The translations under genes and the position numbers were made by a program. A DNA stretch of 64,000 nt, taken from NCBI GenBank assembly GCA_037146775.1, contig JBAWWL010000002.1, positions 21,935 through 85,934 on the forward strand. The letters run 5' to 3'. The notes under the pieces were generated by a model. It was not told the origin of the DNA, ran no database searches, and saw only the letters and a list, made by a program, of their open reading frames with translations. Below, piece by piece: positions 57,939 to 64,000 of this stretch; positions within the stretch are counted from its first letter, which is position 1; the number at the start of each line of letters is the position of its first letter. Source of the DNA: Candidatus Omnitrophota bacterium. Its GTDB lineage: Bacteria > Omnitrophota > Gorgyraeia > Duberdicusellales > 4484-171.

Positions 57939-59300
57939 ATGAGCCAAACGGACGGGAAAATCCTTCGTGATAAGAAATGGAGAGGCATCCTTGTTATTCT
58001 AGCTGTACTGGTGGTGTTGGTTGTGATGCTCCATGTCGGCCTCTTTATTTTTCTTAACCGCAATGGCAAAAACATTCTTATCCAGGCGGTAAAGAATAAT
58101 TTTGGTGTCGTATCGGAAGTAGAAAGCGTTTCTTTTCGTTTCCCCTTCACGGTAGTCGTGAATAATTTTAAATGCGGAGATTTATCGTTCGTTAAGGCGG
58201 ATGTTTCTTTAGGGGTATTCAACCCTTTTACTCATTATATCAATTTGCATAAGGTTTATGTGGATCGTCTTCGTTTAGGAATTAAGGTAGAAAAAGACAA
58301 GATACGTATTGAGCCGCTTTTAACCGAAAAACTTCATCCGGAGCAAACAGAAGAAAAGAATACGCAAGCATTGCCAATTGATAAGGCTGAGAAAATAAAA
58401 AAGCAAAACGTTTCTTTTCGTATCGGAAGATTCTACCTCAAAAATGCTTCGGTGGAAGTCACCGATGCCACCAAAGATGTGCCGATACATTTTATATTGC
58501 GCGATGTTAACCTCCAGGTTAAACGTTTTGTCTATCCAGAATTGGAGAAGTTTTATGCAACTTTTAATGCATCTTTAACGAAAGAAGGGCTTCTTCTCGA
58601 TAATTTAGTGGCTGTGCACGGATGGATAGATTACGCGCATCGGAATATGGATGTAAAGTTTGAGGTGAATAAGCTTGCTTATTCGGTTATTGCCCGGTAT
58701 CTTCCGCCCTTTTGGTATCCCGAAAACTTAGGCATTAAAGAGGGGTTTTTTTCTCTTGATGCAAGCTTTAAATCCGTAAAGAACGATTTGGTTGTCGATG
58801 GTGTTTTGTCCTTAGACCAGGTTGATTTTAATGAAATTCCGGAGAAAAAAACAAATTCCGATTTTTTACGTACCATTATCGCGCTTCTGAAAGGAAATAG
58901 CGAAAAAGCAACGCTTCCTATCCGGCTAAAAGCGAAAATGGATTCCTTTAAGCTTGATTTTTCCAGTTTGCAATCGGAATTTCAGAACAAAGTTAAGCTG
59001 GATGTGGGTACTATTATTTTTAAGGTGTTAGATAAAACAGCAAATAAAACAAAAGAAAAACCAGCCGAAGGTACTGGCACTATCGAAAAGATTACCGAAG
59101 AGGTAACAGTTCCAGTCAAAGATGCTGCTCCGGCAGCGAATTCCTCCAGCGAGGCCGTAAAACAGGCAGAGAATAAGATCGATAATGTTACTAAGCCCAC
59201 TGAAGAAAAGCAGGCGACAAGTGCTACTGAAGCCAAAACTAATAACCCGGTAGAGGAGAAGGCACGAGACCAAGGCAGTGCTGTTGTTCAGCCGCAATAA
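57939..59300 (+). CDS. Membrane-anchored hypothetical protein (AsmA-like/DUF748-like), low-complexity C-terminus
   Basis: N-terminal TM helix, 453 aa, Glu/Lys/Thr-rich C-terminal tail. Confidence 0.4.
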   Translation: MSQTDGKILRDKKWRGILVILAVLVVLVVMLHVGLFIFLNRNGKNILIQAVKNNFGVVSEVESVSFRFPFTVVVNNFKCGDLSFVKADVSLGVFNPFTHYINLHKVYVDRLRLGIKVEKDKIRIEPLLTEKLHPEQTEEKNTQALPIDKAEKIKKQNVSFRIGRFYLKNASVEVTDATKDVPIHFILRDVNLQVKRFVYPELEKFYATFNASLTKEGLLLDNLVAVHGWIDYAHRNMDVKFEVNKLAYSVIARYLPPFWYPENLGIKEGFFSLDASFKSVKNDLVVDGVLSLDQVDFNEIPEKKTNSDFLRTIIALLKGNSEKATLPIRLKAKMDSFKLDFSSLQSEFQNKVKLDVGTIIFKVLDKTANKTKEKPAEGTGTIEKITEEVTVPVKDAAPAANSSSEAVKQAENKIDNVTKPTEEKQATSATEAKTNNPVEEKARDQGSAVVQPQ

Positions 59301-59345
59301 TAGTTTCATGATGTTGCGTTTTGAGGATATAACCGGATTCAATAC

Positions 59346-59585
59346 ATGTGGCATGTTTATATCGTCAAAGGTAGTGAAGGCTGTTTATATACCGGAATAG
59401 CTAACAACTTAGAAAACAGAATTAAGCAGTACAATCGTGGCTGTGGTTGTAAGTTTACAAAACCTAGAATTCCTGTTACATTAGTATATTGCAAGTGGCG
59501 GTCTTCAAGGGGGCGCGCTTTAACCCGTGAAGCCGCGATTAAGCGTCTCACTAGAAACGAAAAGCTAGAGCTTATTGGCAAATAA
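59346..59585 (+). CDS. GIY-YIG nuclease family protein (UPF0213-like)
   Basis: YIVKGSEGCLYTGIANNLENRIKQYNRG...ALTREAAIKRL matches the GIY-YIG core. Confidence 0.75.
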   Translation: MWHVYIVKGSEGCLYTGIANNLENRIKQYNRGCGCKFTKPRIPVTLVYCKWRSSRGRALTREAAIKRLTRNEKLELIGK

Positions 59586-59690
59586 TCCTGAGCGTAAGCG
59601 AAGGATTTAATATGTAGATAGGCATCTCGGATACATATCCTCGATGCCTAAAAAAATTAAGAAATATTTCTATATACTGACATTTTTTTC

Positions 59691-59768
59691 GGTGGGCGTA
59701 GCTCAGTTGGCTAGAGCCCTTGACTGTGGCTCAAGGTGTCGCGGGTTCAAATCCCGTCGCCTACCCCA
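59691..59768 (+). tRNA. tRNA-His (anticodon GTG) with encoded G-1 and CCA
   Basis: Manual fold: G-1 at 59691, acceptor GTGGGCG/CGCCTAC, anticodon loop CUGUGGC, T-loop TTCAAAT, discriminator C, CCA encoded. Confidence 0.8.
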
Positions 59769-59861
59769 GTAATTTCTCCGCCTGAAAAATCTTTAAGGTA
59801 ATTATTTTGAGCGGATTATTGATTTTATAAGTTCTTCACTAATTACGAGAAGGATAAAATT

Positions 59862-60182
59862 TTGAAGAACATAAAATTGAACAGCCTATTATTAAGTTAC
59901 ATTATATTTTATACATCTATCGTATATAAGGCATTCATAATTTTAACAACAACAACTTTTCGTATAAGTCCGGCCATATGTTCTCCTGTTTTTTGGTTTT
60001 TCTTAGTTTCTCAGATTTTGATTGGAGCTATTATCGCAGCTATTCTTGCCATCATTTTCTATTTAATTTATCGGTTAATAAAAAAGGAAAATTTAACAAA
60101 AAATAAAGTCTTGATAATCTTACTTGTAGCTATTTCGGTGTATTTATTTATAACAAAAAAAACATTTCTGTGGATTAGTTAG
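59862..60182 (+). CDS. Small hypothetical membrane protein in an AT-rich region downstream of tRNA-His
   Basis: 106 aa, two hydrophobic helices, very AT-rich codons. Confidence 0.3.
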   Translation: MKNIKLNSLLLSYIIFYTSIVYKAFIILTTTTFRISPAICSPVFWFFLVSQILIGAIIAAILAIIFYLIYRLIKKENLTKNKVLIILLVAISVYLFITKKTFLWIS

Positions 60183-60459
60183 AAATAGCAACGGACCATA
60201 AGGTTATTCAGTCAATAGCTCCAATAATCAGCGAGCCTGCCTGCTGAAGCTTTAGCGTAGGCAGGGAATTACCTCTCTAAAACCCAAATATCTTGCCATA
60301 ACACCATATTGCCTATATAATTTTTCTATATAAATAGGGAGAGGTTTCCCCTCGGCTCATATTAGAGGGACCCCAATTACTCTTTCTACGGATGGCAAGC
60401 TCTACCATATTTGGGGCTACCAATTAAGCTACAAACTCTTGATAGATAAAGGAGGTGGC

Positions 60460-60945
60460 ATGTATAACCCTATACATAGTGAGCGCATCGATTTTAGAAG
60501 TGTCCCAATAATCAAGGAGGAGGCGACGACTTCGAGCGGAACCTTTTCCGATAAGGTCACCCGCGTAACGCATTTTAACATGGCTGATGTTCGCCAGCAT
60601 ACGGCCGTGATTAATCCGCTCTACCGTTTCTTCCATCCGCGTGTATTTGGCTATTCACTTCTCTTAGGAGTTTTAATCTCTATATTCGCCATCCCTCTAG
60701 TGCTTGTTTTTTGTACGTTGGTATTTGGGGAAACCTTCGCTAGTAAGCATGAGGATCTTTTATCTCGGATGGGATTTTTATTGGCACTTTCCCTTTCCTA
60801 CTTGATAGCAATAAGCATAAACCGAGATATCTTTCTTGAGAGATATGCCACGAAAGAACGCGGCACTCCAGGCAAGAAATTACGCTGCGTAAAGGAAAAA
60901 GATTGGCTATCTTTTGTGAGTAATGTAACCAGATTTCCGTTATAA
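60460..60945 (+). CDS. Hypothetical membrane protein
   Basis: ATG at 60460 after AAAGGAGG RBS; two central TM helices. Confidence 0.4.
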   Translation: MYNPIHSERIDFRSVPIIKEEATTSSGTFSDKVTRVTHFNMADVRQHTAVINPLYRFFHPRVFGYSLLLGVLISIFAIPLVLVFCTLVFGETFASKHEDLLSRMGFLLALSLSYLIAISINRDIFLERYATKERGTPGKKLRCVKEKDWLSFVSNVTRFPL

Positions 60946-61089
60946 TTTATAATAATTCACCAAGGGTCGTAGCCAGTCTGTTAAAGTAAAGAGGTCTCAC
61001 TTATTGAACAGGGGAAGGGCCCTATTTTTATAAAAAGGTTATAAAAAGAGACTCCTTATATTATGTGCTGGTAAAGAAAGGGAAGTAAA

Positions 61090-61776
61090 ATGAGTATATT
61101 CAACAGATTTCTATTAGGTCTTGTCCTGGTGCTAACGTTAACTAGCCAGACATTATATGCCCAGCAAGGTGACGCTGACACAAAGAAACTCGCCGAGATC
61201 CGAGCTAAGGCCGAGAAAGGCGATGCCAAAGCCCAGTGGGAATTGGGTAAAGCATTCTCTAACGGCGAGTTTGGGCTGGAGAAGGATTGGCAGGAAGCGG
61301 TGAAGTGGATTCGTAAGGCCGCCGAACAGAATGACGCCGTTGCTCAAGATAGTCTGGGTTTTTGCTACAGATATGGCCAAGGCGTGGCGCAGGATACGGT
61401 GGAAGCGGTAAAGTGGTTTCGTAAGGCCGCCGAACAGAATGACGCTATGTCTCAATTCAACCTAGGTTGCTGTTATTACTATGGCACTGGTGTGGCGAAG
61501 GATGATGTGGAGGCGGTAAAGTGGTTTCGTAAGGCCGCCGAACAGAATTCTGCCCTAGCTCAAAGTAATCTGGGTGAATGCTACTTCAGGGGCATAGGTG
61601 TGGCGAAGGATATGAAGGAGGCCTACAGGTGGTTCTTGTTGGCCGCGGCACAAGGTGATGAAGATGCAAAGGGCCGCGTGAGGCATCTTGAAAAGAAACT
61701 GAAAAAGGATCAAATTGCAGAAGTAAAGAAACAAGTGGCTGAATGGACCGAACAGCACAAGAAAGCCACTAACTAA
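61090..61776 (+). CDS. Secreted Sel1-repeat (TPR-like) protein
   Basis: Signal peptide; four ~36-aa Sel1 repeats (EAVKWFRKAAEQNDA...LG.CY..G.GVA.D); 108-bp nucleotide repeats nearly identical. Confidence 0.75.
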   Translation: MSIFNRFLLGLVLVLTLTSQTLYAQQGDADTKKLAEIRAKAEKGDAKAQWELGKAFSNGEFGLEKDWQEAVKWIRKAAEQNDAVAQDSLGFCYRYGQGVAQDTVEAVKWFRKAAEQNDAMSQFNLGCCYYYGTGVAKDDVEAVKWFRKAAEQNSALAQSNLGECYFRGIGVAKDMKEAYRWFLLAAAQGDEDAKGRVRHLEKKLKKDQIAEVKKQVAEWTEQHKKATN

Positions 61777-61841
61777 AAGGAGTTGCCATGAAATTATCTT
61801 TACCAAGTTCTGAACCGCACCGCCTAACAAAATTCAGAGAA

Positions 61842-62954
61842 ATGATTGCTATGGGTTCCTTTTGCGTTTTATTAATATTGGGGATGTCTGGTTGTGCGAC
61901 ATTGTCGATTGACCCTATTACGGGGTTTACTCCGAATGAACAAGAAGGGGTCGTTTTTGGCCAGATGCAGCTTATGACCGATGGTAACCTTATTCGCTAC
62001 TATGGCGATATAGGTCTTTTAGGTATAAATTCTCCTCAGAGTATACTTACTTACATCTGCGCTTACTCTGATCCGAAATCGGTCAAATACGGACTGCCCC
62101 TAGGGGAACGAGCTTTCAAAACTCTGATAGCCGACGAAGGTTATTTTTCAGCCAAATTACCGGTGGGCAGATATTACATTAAAATGTTTGTATATTGTGT
62201 ACCTATAACGTGGCATTTTCCTCAAGGTTGGAGCACCTATGTGCCAGGTCCTGGTTTCAAGCAGCACGATCCAAAAGTTATCATTTTTGATGTTTTACCA
62301 AACAAGGCTACCTATATCGGAACATACATCCACCGATCAGACAGCGACAATGATCCGAAAAATACTACGGGGAGGATCCTTAAGTTGAGGGTCGTCGATG
62401 AATACGACAAATGCAAGGCCGTTTTTTTGGCTAAGTATCCGCAGGTGGGACAATCAGCTGTTTCAAGAATTGCCACGTTCATACCTTATGAGAACCAGAA
62501 GCAGAAGGCCAAGGACGTGAATTCTGCGGACCAAACGAAGAGGGCTCAGGCTAGTAAGGCCGCAATGGACGAGTTCAGCTCGGTGGCCAGCGCGGCCTCA
62601 ATCACGGCCGCCAATATCACCGCCGATCTTCGCGAAGCCGGGAATAAAACAACGAATAACGCGCCGGTATCGCCGGAGGCAAAAATGCGCGAAGTTCTGC
62701 GCGGTTACAAGATTGGCGTGACCACCTACAAGAAGTGTATGAGTGACGTAACGGCGGGGTCATGGGAAATGAATTTTGGTGGTATGGGAATGGAAGTGTT
62801 ATCGGGGAGAGTTACTCTGAGCATGGCCGTTGGCATCGGTGGACGCGACGTATGCGAGTTGGTATTCGAGGGCGATAATCCGCAACAAACTGGAACAGGA
62901 AAGACGCCCAACTTCGACAAATTCTTTTTGAAAGAGATTACATTCAAGCCATAA
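61842..62954 (+). CDS. Hypothetical lipoprotein
   Basis: Lipobox LGMSGC after the internal ATG (MIAMGSF...); the ORF-track start at 61788 is probably read-through. Confidence 0.5.
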   Translation: MIAMGSFCVLLILGMSGCATLSIDPITGFTPNEQEGVVFGQMQLMTDGNLIRYYGDIGLLGINSPQSILTYICAYSDPKSVKYGLPLGERAFKTLIADEGYFSAKLPVGRYYIKMFVYCVPITWHFPQGWSTYVPGPGFKQHDPKVIIFDVLPNKATYIGTYIHRSDSDNDPKNTTGRILKLRVVDEYDKCKAVFLAKYPQVGQSAVSRIATFIPYENQKQKAKDVNSADQTKRAQASKAAMDEFSSVASAASITAANITADLREAGNKTTNNAPVSPEAKMREVLRGYKIGVTTYKKCMSDVTAGSWEMNFGGMGMEVLSGRVTLSMAVGIGGRDVCELVFEGDNPQQTGTGKTPNFDKFFLKEITFKP

Positions 62955-63049
62955 GGGTTCTATAGATCGCGTCATAGGGATTTTTTGTATCGCAGCGGGG
63001 TTGTTCTTTTCTTGTTGTCGAGATATATTGCGCAATAAAAGGAGATGAA

Positions 63050-64000
63050 ATGTCGAGTCTTCTATGTAAACTCGGATTGCACGCGTGGGGAAAGTGTTCA
63101 GACCAACCAGGAAGGCACGACACTAAGCAGTGTGGCAGTGGTTGTTCTTGTAGCTGTATTCGAGAAGGCTGTGGGGCAACTCGCCATAAGTGGGGGCAGG
63201 GGTTTAGGCGCTGCGAATGCCTTCGCTTTCCTTGCCAGGCACGTAACCATATGTGGAATGGTTGTCAGTGTATCAACCCCGGGTGTGGCGGAAAACGCGA
63301 CGCGCAGCACGTCTGGGATGGATGCAAGTGTGTAACCTGTGGTAAAGAACGAGACGAAGGCCACAAATGGGATGGGTGCAAATGCTCAACTTGCGGTAAG
63401 GAGCGGGATGAAAGTCACCAATGGAAAGATTGCAAGTGCTCGATATGCAGGAAGACCCGCGAGCAAGAACACAACTGGGATGGATGTAGATGCGCAGTGT
63501 GTTTCAAGATACGTAATCAAGAGCATTCGTGGACTAATGGAAGATGCTCAAGGTGCGGGAAGTTCAACTTCTCGTCGCTTGAAGAGGCCCTTCCTTTTAT
63601 GAAGCAATACGAGAGCATGGAAATCTTCAAGAGGCCAGGGCTGATCTCTGCCATTACTGACCTCCACGCCTCCTGCGATGAAAATGCGAAGCGGCTGGTT
63701 ATCCAGGGGCTGCTTGACATCTTGCGCGTTCTTCCGTCACCGCCACTTGACGACGCCACCTTTTCGACCATCTGTGCTGCAATTGCAGCATTCGGATGCA
63801 TCGGCGATGATTCCTCAGAGGTTCTAGATTGTCTCGATTCGTTTGTCACACGAGATCCTAACTATCGTGCTATCGAGATTCTTGGTGAGCTCGCGGAAAA
63901 GTCAGATGCCGCATTGTCGCGACTCCTAGCTTGGCATCGCCGCGTTGATAAGGCACAGGTGGCTGGATACTCACTGATAAATATTAGACGTGAATCGATG
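63050..64000 (+). CDS. Cysteine-rich tandem-repeat protein (seven ~18-aa H-x-W-x-G-C-x-C-x2-C units) with helical C-terminal region; runs off the window end
   Basis: Frame-2 ORF from ATG 63050 (RBS AAAGGAG 5 nt upstream), open to position 64000 with no stop; absent from the ORF track because it has no stop in the window. Confidence 0.65.
   Translation, partial: MSSLLCKLGLHAWGKCSDQPGRHDTKQCGSGCSCSCIREGCGATRHKWGQGFRRCECLRFPCQARNHMWNGCQCINPGCGGKRDAQHVWDGCKCVTCGKERDEGHKWDGCKCSTCGKERDESHQWKDCKCSICRKTREQEHNWDGCRCAVCFKIRNQEHSWTNGRCSRCGKFNFSSLEEALPFMKQYESMEIFKRPGLISAITDLHASCDENAKRLVIQGLLDILRVLPSPPLDDATFSTICAAIAAFGCIGDDSSEVLDCLDSFVTRDPNYRAIEILGELAEKSDAALSRLLAWHRRVDKAQVAGYSLINIRRESM

Noticed and set aside
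63045-63602. ORF-track entries 63045-63335 (+), 63339-63602 (+), 63098-63364 (-) and 63517-63849 (-)
   Set aside because: All overlap the long frame-2 repeat-protein ORF starting at 63050. Their products are low-complexity out-of-frame readings of the 54-bp repeats.
1-64000. CRISPR arrays, rRNA genes, transposases/integrases
   Set aside because: I scanned for regularly spaced short direct repeats and for DDE/tyrosine-recombinase-like ORFs and found none. The only periodic repeats are the 121-bp tRNA-Leu units, the heptamer arrays, and the in-gene 108-bp and 54-bp protein repeats.

Overview
Low-GC (~40%) bacterial chromosome segment, probably from an uncultivated candidate-phylum-like organism; I cannot assign a taxon from sequence alone. 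Most genes are on the + strand in tight, often overlapping operons.

Housekeeping content, in order:
- hisH-hisA
- rplM-rpsI behind a strong extended -10 promoter
- a riboflavin module: ribBA, ribH, nusB, a PHP phosphoesterase, ribD
- nitroreductase, MazG, two PilZ-domain proteins, a DUF362 Fe-S protein
- an AddA/AddB-like helicase-nuclease pair
- a SAM hydroxide adenosyltransferase plus a TtcA-like PP-loop ATPase
- separate coaB and coaC genes
- rmuC, DUF167, YfiH/PgeF
- a complete glycine-cleavage and lipoylation block: gcvT, gcvH, gcvPA, gcvPB, lplA, lipA

A compact type IV pilus / type II-secretion-like locus runs from 27.8 to 38.2 kb:
- an HTH (excisionase-type) gene
- a fused pilM-pilN, then pilO, pilP, pilQ, pilB, pilC
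- a promoter-driven major pilin followed by a large hairpin
- three minor pilins and an outer-membrane protein gene
- a TadV-like A24 prepilin peptidase sits far away at 51.7 kb on the opposite strand

The rest of the window carries:
- dus, pyrE, an M48 protease and a CPBP protease
- an AEC transporter, smpB and suhB
- secreted hypothetical proteins, a TPR protein, an AsmA-like protein, a GIY-YIG nuclease and a Sel1-repeat protein

Five tRNAs are present: Ser-CGA, Leu-CAG, Pro-TGG, Arg-TCT and His-GTG.

The parts I would look at again:
- a radical-SAM/SPASM operon with small ORFs, a Cys/Gly-tailed 141-aa protein and a Cys-rich secreted protein (48.5-51.7 kb), a candidate RiPP-like system
- an unlisted ORF that runs off the window end and encodes tandem 18-aa Cys3His repeats (63.05 kb onward)
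- tRNA-linked repeat structures: tRNA-Leu 3'-end copies in 121-bp tandem units, a duplicated tRNA-Ser 5' half, iteron-like CGGTTAC motifs and triplicated tRNA-Arg 5' fragments
- two mirrored heptanucleotide arrays at the M48 protease N-terminus
- a KS-like(no Cys)/ACP/KS trio with an acyltransferase-like gene

No CRISPR array, rRNA, recognisable transposase or integrase, or convincing riboswitch was found.
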